Counted from the stretch's first letter, positions 1 to 9,527 are shown. The stretch: 44,643 nt of DNA from a virus (IMGVR_UViG_3300020045_006679:1-44643), one strand, 5' to 3'. The notes: generated by a model from the letters alone, not told the origin. Numbers and translations are program-made.

Positions 1-121
1 ACTGGCGACTATGACACAAGGCGCTTACAAATATTATTAAAAATAGCGCAACAATATGTTTTAACGGTGCAAGATTTTATTGATTTTTGTGATACTTATT
101 TAGGATTAACAATAACAGTAG
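1..121. repeat. Terminal direct repeat, copy 1 (circular assembly overlap)
   Basis: 1-121 is identical to 44523-44643, and a reading frame runs through the junction. Confidence 0.95.
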
Positions 122-369
122 ATCAAGGTCATAATTTTGATTACGCATCATATAGTTTGCCAGTACCAGATCAAATTGAAAAAGATTTTACGATGATAAT
201 TTATTATACAAATGGTTCATCACATAAATTTACTTACACATTTAGTACGGAATTTGATGTTACTCCTCCAGCATTAGTTTTTGGTGAAGATGCTAATTTG
301 AATTTGCTGGAATGTATTTTAACGCCATTAGTTCCAGCATCGGTGAAGTTGTTATTTATACCTGTTTAA
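1..369 (+). CDS. 3' part of Mu gp48/YmfQ (DUF2313)-like baseplate wedge protein spanning the contig junction
   Basis: ATG at 44262; 261 nt to 44522 continue in frame into 1..369 (about 209 aa); lies between baseplate J and tail fibre. Confidence 0.85.
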   Translation, partial: TGDYDTRRLQILLKIAQQYVLTVQDFIDFCDTYLGLTITVDQGHNFDYASYSLPVPDQIEKDFTMIIYYTNGSSHKFTYTFSTEFDVTPPALVFGEDANLNLLECILTPLVPASVKLLFIPV

Positions 370-382
370 GAGGAAAGATGTT

Positions 383-1615
383 ATGCAAAGCATGAATAGT
401 AAAATTACGGGAAATACATTAACGGCGGCTGAATGGAATCAGCCAATGACAGAATTGCAAAACTGCATCACAAAAGCTGGATTAGCTTTATCGGCTGGCA
501 ACTTAAATCAGTTGGGAATTGCCATTGCTAGGGCGGCTGGTGGTGGTTCATATTTTATGAATGCGGCGGGTACTGCTGATGCTATCGAATTAGATTTGGT
601 TTTAACTGCAATGGTTTTGCCTACTGCGTATTTTCGCGGGATGCACATTGAATGGGTTGCGGTTGATACGAATACAACGAATGTAACTATAACAATTACG
701 CCGATTGCATCTGTAAAGAAATTACTCATGCCCGATTATTCTGAAATTCCTGCTGGATTGATTGTTGAAGATGTTAAATATGAGGCTTGGTATGATGATA
801 CGGCTGATGGTGCTACTGGTGCATTTATTTTAGTCGCATTAACTACGGCTGTTTCAACCGCCACAAATTATATTCCTCCTGCATTTTTTAATGGTTTTGT
901 ATTTGCTAATGATGCAACAGCTACAGCTAATGGAATTACGGTTACGGCTGGTACTTGTAAAGATTCAAGTAATACTTATGATATGTTTTTAAATTCATCA
1001 TTAGGTAAAAAAATTGATGCTACATGGGCGGCTGGCGGTGTGCCTAATGCTTGTGTTGGCGGTTTGGCTGATGGTGTTAGTTTAACGAATAGCACTTGGT
1101 ATTATATGCACGCTATTATGAAAGCTGATGGCTCGGTAGATGCGGGGTTTGATACAAGTATAACGGCGGATAATTTAATAAATGATCCTGCGGTCATTAG
1201 TAACGGGTTTTTATATTATCGCCGTATTGGTGCGTTTTATTATAATGTTGCTGAATTTAAAAACTTTAATAATGTTGGCAATCAGTTCTTATTCGCGTCA
1301 CCAGAACGTATTTATAATGGTGCGGCAACTACATCGGCAAGTTTAACAACAACGATTGCCCCGCCAAATCAAGTTGCTATTTTAACTGGTAGTACCAAAG
1401 AAAATACGATTTTATTTACTGCGCCATCAAGTACCGATTTTTCTCCTAGTAGTGATGTTTATACTATAAAAATGTATAACAGTGGTGGTGATGCTGATTA
1501 TTTTCCATTTGGATATTTACAAATACAAACGGATGGATCAAGTCGCATTCGCCATAGATCAACAGGAACAAAAACGCTTGAGATTATGAGTGCTGGTTAT
1601 ATTGACTATAGGTAA
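383..1615 (+). CDS. Tail fibre protein
   Basis: N-terminus AEWNQPMTELQNCITKAGL..NLNQLGIAI resembles Mu-like fibre anchors; follows the baseplate genes; beta-rich. Confidence 0.75.
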   Translation: MQSMNSKITGNTLTAAEWNQPMTELQNCITKAGLALSAGNLNQLGIAIARAAGGGSYFMNAAGTADAIELDLVLTAMVLPTAYFRGMHIEWVAVDTNTTNVTITITPIASVKKLLMPDYSEIPAGLIVEDVKYEAWYDDTADGATGAFILVALTTAVSTATNYIPPAFFNGFVFANDATATANGITVTAGTCKDSSNTYDMFLNSSLGKKIDATWAAGGVPNACVGGLADGVSLTNSTWYYMHAIMKADGSVDAGFDTSITADNLINDPAVISNGFLYYRRIGAFYYNVAEFKNFNNVGNQFLFASPERIYNGAATTSASLTTTIAPPNQVAILTGSTKENTILFTAPSSTDFSPSSDVYTIKMYNSGGDADYFPFGYLQIQTDGSSRIRHRSTGTKTLEIMSAGYIDYR

Positions 1616-1620
1616 TTAAT

Positions 1621-1968
1621 ATGGAAACACTACGCCAAAAACAAAGTCGGTTTGTTCGTGATGTTGCAAAGCTCATTGAGTGGGCATTTGCAAACGGATA
1701 TGAATTAACGTTCGGTGAATGTTGGCGCACACCAGAACAAGCGGCGCTTAATGCAAAAAATGGAAAGGGAATTGCTCGCTCACTACATAATGAGCGATTA
1801 GCGATTGATTTGAATTTATACAAAAATGGAACATGGTTAATTGCAAGTGAAGATCATAAGCCGCTCGGTGATTATTGGAAGTCTTTAGGTACTGACCATT
1901 GTTGGGGTGGTGATTTTACAAAAAAAGATGGCAATCATTATTCAATTACCAATGGCGGCATCAAATAG
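1621..1968 (+). CDS. Endolysin, M15 family metallopeptidase
   Basis: Motifs RTPEQ, SLHNERLAIDL, WGGDF, DGNHYS. Confidence 0.88.
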   Translation: METLRQKQSRFVRDVAKLIEWAFANGYELTFGECWRTPEQAALNAKNGKGIARSLHNERLAIDLNLYKNGTWLIASEDHKPLGDYWKSLGTDHCWGGDFTKKDGNHYSITNGGIK

Positions 1969-1970
1969 AT

Positions 1971-1999
1971 TGACTCTTATGGGTAGTTAAGCTATCTTT
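1971..1999 (+). promoter_or_regulatory. Putative sigma70 promoter overlapped by a TAGTTAAGCTA operator
   Basis: TTGACT-17 bp-TATCTT; operator copy at 1984-1994. Confidence 0.5.
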
Positions 2000-2029
2000 A
2001 ATTTTTATCAACGGCAAGAGGGTAAAACG

Positions 2030-2215
2030 ATGGAATTTTTAAAAGGCTGGAAAACTTTTCTTTTGGCGGCAATTGCATTGGGCGCACAAGTTGTTGCTCA
2101 TTTGAAGCCAGAATTAAAATCAACGTGCGATACGGTGAGTGCATTTGCGTTATCGGCAACTCCGATCACTATTCGCATGGCTGTAGCTGAATTACAAAAA
2201 AGCATTGGTGTTTAA
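2030..2215 (+). CDS. Small membrane protein, holin candidate
   Basis: 61 aa, hydrophobic N-terminus (LKGWKT..), downstream of endolysin, GAGG SD. Confidence 0.5.
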   Translation: MEFLKGWKTFLLAAIALGAQVVAHLKPELKSTCDTVSAFALSATPITIRMAVAELQKSIGV

Positions 2216-2310
2216 TGACAACAAAACAAGCGATACTTTTTGCAATTCTTTATCTGCTAATTTGTATCGCTTGTTATTATTCGTTTAAAAATGATTCCGA
2301 AGGGGAATGA
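2215..2310 (+). CDS. 31-aa single-TM peptide (not in ORF track)
   Basis: MTTKQAILFAILYLLICIACYYSFKNDSEGE; TAATG and ATGA overlaps with both neighbours. Confidence 0.55.
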   Translation: MTTKQAILFAILYLLICIACYYSFKNDSEGE

Positions 2311-2531
2311 TAATGGCGTTAAAACCATTTCAAGAACGCGCTCAAAAAAAGTACAAAGAGAAAAATCACAGCAACAACATTTCTCAAATCATGGTTTGGT
2401 TTCCAGCAATTTGGAAAAAAGACTTGCTTGAATTTGCAAAACAAAAGCGGGCAGAGTTCAAGGAAATAATGAGCGATAAATTGCCCGAAACAGTATCAGA
2501 TACCGACCAAGATATAAGCCCGTTTCAGTGA
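2307..2531 (+). CDS. Hypothetical protein
   Basis: ORF with AGGGG SD, coupled to neighbours. Confidence 0.6.
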   Translation: MIMALKPFQERAQKKYKEKNHSNNISQIMVWFPAIWKKDLLEFAKQKRAEFKEIMSDKLPETVSDTDQDISPFQ

Positions 2532-2872
2532 TTTACGATATTACCCCAATCCCTAAACCACGCATGACAAGATCCGATGCTTGGCGCAAACGCCCTGCTG
2601 TGATGCGGTATTGGGCTTTCAAAGAAGAATGCCGCCTACGCAAGGTGAAGCTCACTGAGGGCGATTCAGTGATTACCTTTGTGCTACCCATGCCTAAAAG
2701 CTGGAATGCGCTTAAGCGGCAAACTATGAACGGTCAGCCACATAAACAAACCCCCGACTTAGATAATCTCATCAAGGCTTTGCAGGATGCGGTATTTGAT
2801 CAAGATAAAACAATACATCGAGTAACGCTTTCTAAGGTGTGGGGAATTAAAGGGCAGATTATTGTGGAATAG
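2528..2872 (+). CDS. rusA: RusA-family Holliday junction resolvase
   Basis: PIPKPRMT.., PDLDNLIKALQDAVF..D motif. Confidence 0.85.
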   Translation: MIYDITPIPKPRMTRSDAWRKRPAVMRYWAFKEECRLRKVKLTEGDSVITFVLPMPKSWNALKRQTMNGQPHKQTPDLDNLIKALQDAVFDQDKTIHRVTLSKVWGIKGQIIVE

Positions 2873-2873
2873 G

Positions 2874-2926
2874 TGATGCGGCAATGGCTCATCCTAAGCC
2901 GCCCATGACTAGACTTTGCCGCATCA
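2874..2926. terminator. Stem-loop between convergent transcription units
   Basis: TGATGCGGCAA (2874-2884) / TTGCCGCATCA (2916-2926). Confidence 0.45.
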
Positions 2927-2967
2927 AATCGTTGTGCGAATTATCTCACACAAATTTAATCAATCTC

Positions 2968-3333
2968 TTACAATAATTTTTTATCCGTTCTTAATGTTGT
3001 TTTACAATCATTGCAATGAATTTTTGTAATTAGCGATGTGTCAATCGTGGTTAATTCGCCTTCATTTATAAATTCTACTTTGTAAGTTACGTTTTCAATA
3101 GTGATATTTTTACTACCGCAAATACAGGTTATTTTTTTAAACTTTGGCTTGTACGATTTAACATAGCCGCCTTCCCCCTTTTTAACGAATGGTATGTTTT
3201 CACATAGTCCATTACATTTAGGGCAGAAGTATCTTATTCCGTTAGCTGTTTCTTTTTTATCACAAAACTTTAATTGAATTTTGTGTACGCATGATTCACA
3301 GTATTGATAGCGTGTTGGTCTGTATTTTCTCAT
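2968..3333 (-). CDS. Zn-ribbon hypothetical protein
   Basis: Several CxxC/CxC motifs. Confidence 0.6.
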   Translation of the reverse strand: MRKYRPTRYQYCESCVHKIQLKFCDKKETANGIRYFCPKCNGLCENIPFVKKGEGGYVKSYKPKFKKITCICGSKNITIENVTYKVEFINEGELTTIDTSLITKIHCNDCKTTLRTDKKLL

Positions 3334-3563
3334 AAGAATTTACTCACTGAATTTGCTGATACAATTTTTTTCTCTCTGCGCCATCCTTTAGTCGGGTGAT
3401 AATCCCAACCATGACAACGCCCCTTTATAACTCTGCGCTTGTTTTTAATGCGCACGCTTTGAACATTTCCATCAGCATCTTTCAATGTTTCGGCTTCGCC
3501 TATTGTGATGCCGTAGGGATGCTTGCGCGGATGATCTTTATGCTTGTGACGATGTAGTGCCAT
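3330..3563 (-). CDS. Basic hypothetical protein
   Basis: ORF in tightly packed leftward operon. Confidence 0.55.
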   Translation of the reverse strand: MALHRHKHKDHPRKHPYGITIGEAETLKDADGNVQSVRIKNKRRVIKGRCHGWDYHPTKGWRREKKIVSANSVSKFL

Positions 3564-3813
3564 TACTTAAGCCCTCATTTAATTGAATACGATATGTAAC
3601 TATTCCATCATTAAAATACACTATAACATTAAATGAATTTTTATAGATTTCTACTTTATCTTTAATAAATGCGCTTATAGCAGATTCAATTTCTTCTTTA
3701 GATATAACATTAAAACCAATTTTATTTTTCTCTACAGTTTCCCTTCCTTTGAATTTATTGCACAAATATTCAAAAAGATCATTCCTTATTTTTAATTCAT
3801 CTTCTCCAGTCAT
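3538..3813 (-). CDS. Hypothetical protein
   Basis: ORF coupled to neighbours. Confidence 0.55.
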   Translation of the reverse strand: MTGEDELKIRNDLFEYLCNKFKGRETVEKNKIGFNVISKEEIESAISAFIKDKVEIYKNSFNVIVYFNDGIVTYRIQLNEGLSNGTTSSQA

Positions 3814-4022
3814 AATTTCACCTTTGTCGGTTGTGGTGTTGATTGAATGTAAAACTTTTCATTTACTTTGATAACTTTGCTTCCATCACTACCATAAATA
3901 TGGTCTTTGATAATGACGTATTTAACGCCGTTATCGCAATATAACTTATCCTTAATTTGCTGGCATTTTTCAGCGTAGCAATTTAATGCGATTAGCGTGA
4001 ATAATAAAAGGCAGTATTTCAT
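3810..4022 (-). CDS. Small exported hypothetical protein
   Basis: Signal-peptide-like N-terminus MKYCLLLFTLIALNCYA. Confidence 0.55.
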   Translation of the reverse strand: MKYCLLLFTLIALNCYAEKCQQIKDKLYCDNGVKYVIIKDHIYGSDGSKVIKVNEKFYIQSTPQPTKVKL

Positions 4023-4051
4023 TTTTCGTCATCCTTAACAAGTTTTTTAAA

Positions 4052-4420
4052 TCACTCTTTCGCTAAATCATAAATTTCTTTTAATTCAGTTGCGATTGAT
4101 TCGTTATTTAAAATTTTAGGAATGATATACATAGCCGCTAATGTTTTACTTGATGGGAGTATTGTTGCAATACATATACTAATAAAACCACTACCAAGAA
4201 GTAACTTTATTATTTTTAATATTTTTGGGGCTTGCTTTAATTTTTCTTCAGCCTCAATTCTATATGAATCAGTAGACCACCTTGAGGGATCAGCAGTTAT
4301 TCTATTAAACCACAAACCACCATAACATAATGCAACAATTACACATATTGCTGAAAAAAAGACAAACAAATCATTTAAGTCATCCAAGCTCATTATTAAA
4401 TAAATATCTAATGGTGTCAT
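4052..4420 (-). CDS. Membrane protein with two TM segments
   Basis: Two hydrophobic stretches; PSSKTLAAMYIIP motif typical of a phage membrane family. Confidence 0.65.
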   Translation of the reverse strand: MTPLDIYLIMSLDDLNDLFVFFSAICVIVALCYGGLWFNRITADPSRWSTDSYRIEAEEKLKQAPKILKIIKLLLGSGFISICIATILPSSKTLAAMYIIPKILNNESIATELKEIYDLAKE

Positions 4421-4725
4421 TTTTCATTCTCCTTCTTTTGTGAATTTACATAATCCTGCATTTTATAAAACACTTCACGCGATACACGCCGATTTAATGA
4501 GTAGCTTAACTTCCAACGCTCTACACCTATTGCATCGGCTAACGCTTCAATCGTAATTCCCTTTTTGGCGAGAAAGGAACGGATTATTTTCTTGACCTTT
4601 TCTGATTGCTGATACGACAGCACCAAGTTAGGCGTAATATGCGGCGAATTATTGTTTTTATTCGCCTTTCTTGGGTGCGAAAAGTTTGTAGGATATAATC
4701 CGTTTTCTTTCATATCAATTACCAA
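4417..4725 (-). CDS. XRE/Cro-like HTH regulator
   Basis: KKGITIEALADAIGVERWKLSYSLN helix-turn-helix pattern. Confidence 0.6.
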   Translation of the reverse strand: MVIDMKENGLYPTNFSHPRKANKNNNSPHITPNLVLSYQQSEKVKKIIRSFLAKKGITIEALADAIGVERWKLSYSLNRRVSREVFYKMQDYVNSQKKENEK

Positions 4726-5354
4726 GGAATATCGTCGTTAGGCATATCATTATCACCTGCGGCTGTAGATGTTGACTGATTTGATGATTGTCTAGCCGCA
4801 CTGCTCGGTAAAACTTTATCACGCAATGACTCGCATCGTTTAACAAGAGTTTCACCGTGTACTTTTCCTTCGATAATTTCTGGTGCAGTTAATTCATCAC
4901 TATACCGAAATGGTAAAACGACATTCATTCTACTACCAACATCACCATTACTTTTGCGATATTCCTCACGCTGTAATAATAATCCGATGGGGACTCTAAT
5001 AATTTCTGGATAGATAATCACATCCACGCGAATTTTCCTGCCTTCTTCGGCGCTCCATTTTTCAATCGGCGCTTCCGCTTCGGTTAATTTTGCTATGCCA
5101 ATACACTTCAACATAGCCATTAAGATATTAAATCCATATATCTCTTTCCCATCGCCATTAAGGGTGTATAAGCGTAAAGAATCTGCTGTACGCTCATCAT
5201 CGGATTGAAAATTAAATTCAACACCGACAGTTCCTTTATCGTTCGGTTCAATTTTATAGAATGCTGTAAACATTCCTTTATATTTACCCGATGTTGTTAT
5301 TCGTGATGACTCTGATTTTTTAGCCGCACTTTCATCGTAGTCGTATCCACCCAT
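4719..5354 (-). CDS. ssDNA-binding protein (DUF669-like)
   Basis: Acidic SSB-type tail NDDIPW; adjacent to Sak4-like ATPase. Confidence 0.7.
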   Translation of the reverse strand: MGGYDYDESAAKKSESSRITTSGKYKGMFTAFYKIEPNDKGTVGVEFNFQSDDERTADSLRLYTLNGDGKEIYGFNILMAMLKCIGIAKLTEAEAPIEKWSAEEGRKIRVDVIIYPEIIRVPIGLLLQREEYRKSNGDVGSRMNVVLPFRYSDELTAPEIIEGKVHGETLVKRCESLRDKVLPSSAARQSSNQSTSTAAGDNDMPNDDIPW

Positions 5355-5378
5355 CTTACTTACTCCTTTGTTGATAAA

Positions 5379-6014
5379 TTATTGAATGTTCCAGTATGAT
5401 TTTATTGCATCATCTACTACTTTTAAATCATTATCAATGCGATTGCTTTCAAACATTCCCATTGGGGATTTAATTGTATCAAATCCACTATTTTCAGTAG
5501 TGAAAAAATGTTTATCATCCTCTTTAGAGGCTTTTAATACGATTGTAAATAACCCTTCTAGCGTCACCATGCTGTCAAGCATACGACCAATCGTTTTGCA
5601 CTTAGTACGCCCATCCTCTGTGCGCTCTGAATGCGATAGAAAGTACACACGCTTATCATCATCAGCTAATTGTGTTGAATGGATAATAAGTGAATGAACG
5701 TGTTGACACATTTCAGTGAATTTATCATAGCCGCGCTCTTGCGCCCTACGCATATATTCATTTACAACCATGTACTGAAAATCATCGACAATGATTATTT
5801 TCTTTTGTGTTTTCTCCATTGCCGATTTGATTTTCTCGTAATCATCATTAACATAAATGTTTCCACCATCTGTCCCTACAGGCTTCCAATCATTTTTAAA
5901 TGGTAATTGTTTCTTGATTGTTTGAATAAGCAAACATTCATCAGCCTTTAAATTCCGTAATGATGTTGACTTACCGCTTCCACTTTCCCCGATTATAAGT
6001 GTGCTTGTACTCAC
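5379..6014 (-). CDS. Sak4-like AAA_24 ATPase (ssDNA-annealing module)
   Basis: Walker A GESGSGKST, Walker B IIVDD, GYDKF motif. Confidence 0.8.
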   Translation of the reverse strand: MSTSTLIIGESGSGKSTSLRNLKADECLLIQTIKKQLPFKNDWKPVGTDGGNIYVNDDYEKIKSAMEKTQKKIIIVDDFQYMVVNEYMRRAQERGYDKFTEMCQHVHSLIIHSTQLADDDKRVYFLSHSERTEDGRTKCKTIGRMLDSMVTLEGLFTIVLKASKEDDKHFFTTENSGFDTIKSPMGMFESNRIDNDLKVVDDAIKSYWNIQ

Positions 6015-6346
6015 GATACTACCTCCATTGACGGCTGATGCGTTATTGCTAATAATTCTTGACGCATGGTTTTAATGTTTTCTAACTCAGCTTGATACTT
6101 CGCTCGCAATTCAGATTCAGCCGTGTCAAGCAAATCTAATTTATCTTGCAATACTTCTTCTTGCGGGCGCTCATTAAACTCAACCTCAACCCAATCTGAT
6201 AAGCGTATATAGTCAGCCGCCGCATATGCCTCTGTAAACGGGAATTTATTACCGTATGTTGTTTCAAATAATGCTATTTTTATTTTAGCCATGTTTGCTG
6301 TTCCTTTTTTTGGGTTATTGGATAATATCGTTTTTAGATATAACAT
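6011..6346 (-). CDS. Coiled-coil hypothetical protein
   Basis: ORF; start probably at the internal MAKIK. Confidence 0.6.
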   Translation of the reverse strand: MLYLKTILSNNPKKGTANMAKIKIALFETTYGNKFPFTEAYAAADYIRLSDWVEVEFNERPQEEVLQDKLDLLDTAESELRAKYQAELENIKTMRQELLAITHQPSMEVVS

Positions 6347-6554
6347 AGTCGCCGCTTATCTTAAAAAACATATGATCATATTTAATTTCTATGTTAATTT
6401 CCTCATTTAATTTTGCTTCCTTTACCGCCCTTAACACTGTTAAAAATATTTCATTATCGGTATATTCTTTATTTCCTTTAATTCCTAAATTAATATATTT
6501 ATATTTATAGTTTTTAAAAAACCATCTTCTAAATAAATATTGTAATTTATTCAT
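6315..6554 (-). CDS. Hypothetical protein (very AT-rich)
   Basis: ORF coupled to the exonuclease stop. Confidence 0.55.
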   Translation of the reverse strand: MNKLQYLFRRWFFKNYKYKYINLGIKGNKEYTDNEIFLTVLRAVKEAKLNEEINIEIKYDHMFFKISGDYVISKNDIIQ

Positions 6555-7222
6555 ATCAATTCACCAATCATACGCTTGTAAACTAACCGTAACGCTTCAA
6601 TTTCTTCATAACCGTAGTGATAAAGCATTTCCCCGTTAGTACCTTCTTCCCATAATTTGCCGAATGTAGCGCCGTTTACTTCACCTTTCGGTGTCGGCAA
6701 TGATAGGTAATAGCAAAGATTATCCATGCTAACCATATCTTTATAGCCACCCCACTCGGTCATTGTGTCATAGCAAAAATCGTTATTGTATTTTTGATTT
6801 AATGCACTCAACAATACTGGCGGAATCTTAATACCTAAAACAATCGCACGTTGTTTAAGCACCAATAAATCAAACGCTTTAACATTATGCCCGATCATTT
6901 GTGTTTCATTGCCGCACCCATCAATGTATTCAAAAAACTTTCCGATCATTTCTTTTTCTTTAGAAACATCGGTGATCATGTGAACGGTTGGATCATTTTC
7001 ATTTAATGCAAATTGAATCTGCACAACGTGACATAAGCCGCCGTTAAAGACTGATTGCTCAATAACTTTTTCAATCGCTTTCGGCTTATCTTCAACTTCC
7101 CATTTAGCTAATGTTTCGGGCTTACTAATGCGCCCATCTGGTTTAATCGTTTGCGCTACACGTTCGGGATAGTCAGCACGTTGCGTTTTAACGGTTTCAA
7201 TATCAAAATATAGTCGGTTCAT
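6551..7222 (-). CDS. DEDD 3'-5' exonuclease (PolB-exo-like)
   Basis: YFDIET, GHNVKAFD, YDTM motifs; start MNRLY has AGGGG SD. Confidence 0.8.
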   Translation of the reverse strand: MNRLYFDIETVKTQRADYPERVAQTIKPDGRISKPETLAKWEVEDKPKAIEKVIEQSVFNGGLCHVVQIQFALNENDPTVHMITDVSKEKEMIGKFFEYIDGCGNETQMIGHNVKAFDLLVLKQRAIVLGIKIPPVLLSALNQKYNNDFCYDTMTEWGGYKDMVSMDNLCYYLSLPTPKGEVNGATFGKLWEEGTNGEMLYHYGYEEIEALRLVYKRMIGELI

Positions 7223-7430
7223 TTTGTTCCCCTTCATTGGTTGTTGGTTTGTATAAAACATCACGCTGATAAGATATTAATGCGTCAATATGATCGTCGG
7301 TTAATAACCAATCATGTTGTAACCATGCCTTAGCTTCGTGATACAGATATGCTTGTGAATCGCCTTTCCATTCGCGGGATAGGCGTAAGCGGGTGAGGTC
7401 TTTCAGTTGATCAATTAAATATGGCTTCAT
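7203..7430 (-). CDS. Hypothetical protein
   Basis: ORF coupled to the replication gene. Confidence 0.55.
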   Translation of the reverse strand: MKPYLIDQLKDLTRLRLSREWKGDSQAYLYHEAKAWLQHDWLLTDDHIDALISYQRDVLYKPTTNEGEQNEPTIF

Positions 7431-8200
7431 TTGATTTTTCCTTGTTTCCGTAATAATTCGTTCATTTTATCCATTGCCTTTTGTGCGTTAATTTTTCTCT
7501 CCTCCTCTGTCTCCTCCTGTTGCTCAACGGGTTTATGTGCGGCTGGTAGTGGCATTCTTTTCAATTCATCAGTGAAACGCTTTTGCTTAATCCAATTCGT
7601 AGGCTTGGGCACATACTTGAATTGGTCAACCGCCCAAACCTTCACATGGTCAGGTATCACCCGTAGGGCTAATTCCTGTTCAGCCTCACTAAGCAACAAC
7701 CATTCAAGCTCACTAGATAGTTTAGCTATCTTCCAAGGATATTGCAACCAAAATTGTAAAAATAATTGCAGTGCTTTTTCAGTTTGTTCGGCTGATAGGC
7801 TCGGCGCTTTCTTTGGTGTCGGTTTGCGCCCCGTAGCGCCTCCTCTGGGCGATTTTTGGGTTTCTGGTGACTCCAAGCCTTGCCACCGCCTATTTGCGCT
7901 ATCACGCCCCTTCACGCTCTTTGAGCGAAAACGCGCAATCTCACGATCAGCCCGATTGTTATGCCATACCCCATTATCACCTTGATGGAAAAATTGCTTC
8001 AAAATAATGCCAACGCATTGCGAAGGCATTTTTATGAGTTCAGCTATTTCATCGACATCGCTAGGTAAACCCCGCTCATGCAAGTAGCAATAATCCAGCA
8101 TACGCCGATAGGTTAAGTCTTGGTCGGCATTAAGATGCGGCGTATGAGCCATGTATTCCGCAATATCAAATGGGTAGAAGTGCATAGCTCTACTCCACAA
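7427..8200 (-). CDS. YdaU/DUF1376-family replication initiator-like protein
   Basis: HFYPFDIAEY..T.HL...YRRMLD.CY..E..LP N-terminus; FW..YP.K and P.NW...RF.DE C-terminus. Confidence 0.78.
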   Translation of the reverse strand: MWSRAMHFYPFDIAEYMAHTPHLNADQDLTYRRMLDYCYLHERGLPSDVDEIAELIKMPSQCVGIILKQFFHQGDNGVWHNNRADREIARFRSKSVKGRDSANRRWQGLESPETQKSPRGGATGRKPTPKKAPSLSAEQTEKALQLFLQFWLQYPWKIAKLSSELEWLLLSEAEQELALRVIPDHVKVWAVDQFKYVPKPTNWIKQKRFTDELKRMPLPAAHKPVEQQEETEEERKINAQKAMDKMNELLRKQGKIK

Positions 8201-8399
8201 ATTTGAGCGTATTATTGATATTCCGCATTAACCATCCTTTATACTCAATCGCTTTCAAATGGTCATTGATTGCATTTAGGTTGATTTTAAAATGATCTGC
8301 ACAATTTTGGCGAGTAGGGAATTGATTTTCACGCTCAAAAAAATCCTTGCAAAAGTTGAATACTTCTAATTGTCGCTTTGTCAAATCTTTTTTAATCAT
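8190..8399 (-). CDS. Stand-alone LexA-type DNA-binding domain protein
   Basis: LTKRQLEVF..PTRQ..A....NAINDHLKAIE.KG; no peptidase domain. Confidence 0.75.
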   Translation of the reverse strand: MIKKDLTKRQLEVFNFCKDFFERENQFPTRQNCADHFKINLNAINDHLKAIEYKGWLMRNINNTLKFVE

Positions 8400-8656
8400 A
8401 ACATCTGCCCTTGTTCGGTAATTGCACCCTGTTTTTTAATGTAATACAAATAGGATTGTTGACCCTCAATACGTTCTTTCACAACATCATATCCACGCTT
8501 ACGCAATTTGCGTAACGCCATTGTAATTGTCGAATCAGAATGAAAGCGCCCGTGATCGGTATTTAATTTTGTTTGTAAAATGTATGGTGTAAACTTATCT
8601 CCAGCAATCATCATTTCTTCAAGCAAATCAATTATTGATTTTTTTTCCATCATCAA
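8396..8656 (-). CDS. Putative winged-helix DNA-binding protein
   Basis: SDSTITMALRKLRKRGYDV..YLY pattern. Confidence 0.55.
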   Translation of the reverse strand: MMMEKKSIIDLLEEMMIAGDKFTPYILQTKLNTDHGRFHSDSTITMALRKLRKRGYDVVKERIEGQQSYLYYIKKQGAITEQGQML

Positions 8657-8940
8657 TCCTCCTTTTTGCGTAGCTGATATGAGTTTATCTTCACATCTTC
8701 AAATAGACTATCGGCGGGCACATCACCAATCAAATCATTAATCACGCTAATGTTTTTATTTAATGTTTCTAAAATATCCAAATCCTCTTGAGTAATTATT
8801 TTTTCAGCGCCACATTCAGGACAGTTTTTATTCAACCACTGCTTAGGCATACCATAAAACTCATGACTACAAGAATCGCAGTGAATTATTATGTCTCCAA
8901 TCGTTATTGCTTTCATATCAATCCTCCTTCGGCACCACAA
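8653..8940 (-). CDS. Zn-ribbon hypothetical protein
   Basis: CDSC / CPECG. Confidence 0.6.
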   Translation of the reverse strand: MWCRRRIDMKAITIGDIIIHCDSCSHEFYGMPKQWLNKNCPECGAEKIITQEDLDILETLNKNISVINDLIGDVPADSLFEDVKINSYQLRKKED

Positions 8941-9172
8941 AACTCAAATTAAGGCGCTGGCATTCTTTGATGAATAATTTTTTATTGTCTGTCGCGTTAA
9001 AGTATCTATGTATGTTAAATTTAAAATGCCCAGAGAATGCAACCGTAACTGTGCGGTATTGGACGCAATTTAGCACATAGTCATCAATAACAACGATTAT
9101 CTCTTGCGTCTTAATCAACTCACATAAAAGCGCATAGTCTTTTGAAAAGCCTGATTCGTTAATTGTGGTCAT
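8918..9172 (-). CDS. Hypothetical protein
   Basis: ORF in operon. Confidence 0.55.
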   Translation of the reverse strand: MTTINESGFSKDYALLCELIKTQEIIVVIDDYVLNCVQYRTVTVAFSGHFKFNIHRYFNATDNKKLFIKECQRLNLSFVVPKED

Positions 9173-9173
9173 T

Positions 9174-9527
9174 TTATGCTGCCAATTTATTTAAGTTATT
9201 AGTTAATAAGTCAACAGCATCTTTAAACTCTCTTAAAAATAACTGAATTGTAACAGCGTCAATATCATTACATTTTAATTTAACCATCTTATTAGATACC
9301 TGCTCTAGTGTTGAATGATAGCTAACCGACTCGGAAATGATAGGCTGTCCCTGTCTTCCTATTGACGGCTTATAATGCGTTAATATCCACTGATACTTGT
9401 CTTTATCTAAAGAAAAATCATCGCTAATTCTCACATCACACCTCACTCGTTGTTGGTTTAAATAAATCAACAGTGCCGTTGTTTTTGCGTGTCGCGTATG
9501 CGGTTTGTTTGTGATGGTCTTTGTCAT
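9174..9527 (-). CDS. Hypothetical protein (DUF5405-like); true start probably near 9435
   Basis: DKYQWIL..YHSTLEQ motif. Confidence 0.5.
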   Translation of the reverse strand: MTKTITNKPHTRHAKTTALLIYLNQQRVRCDVRISDDFSLDKDKYQWILTHYKPSIGRQGQPIISESVSYHSTLEQVSNKMVKLKCNDIDAVTIQLFLREFKDAVDLLTNNLNKLAA

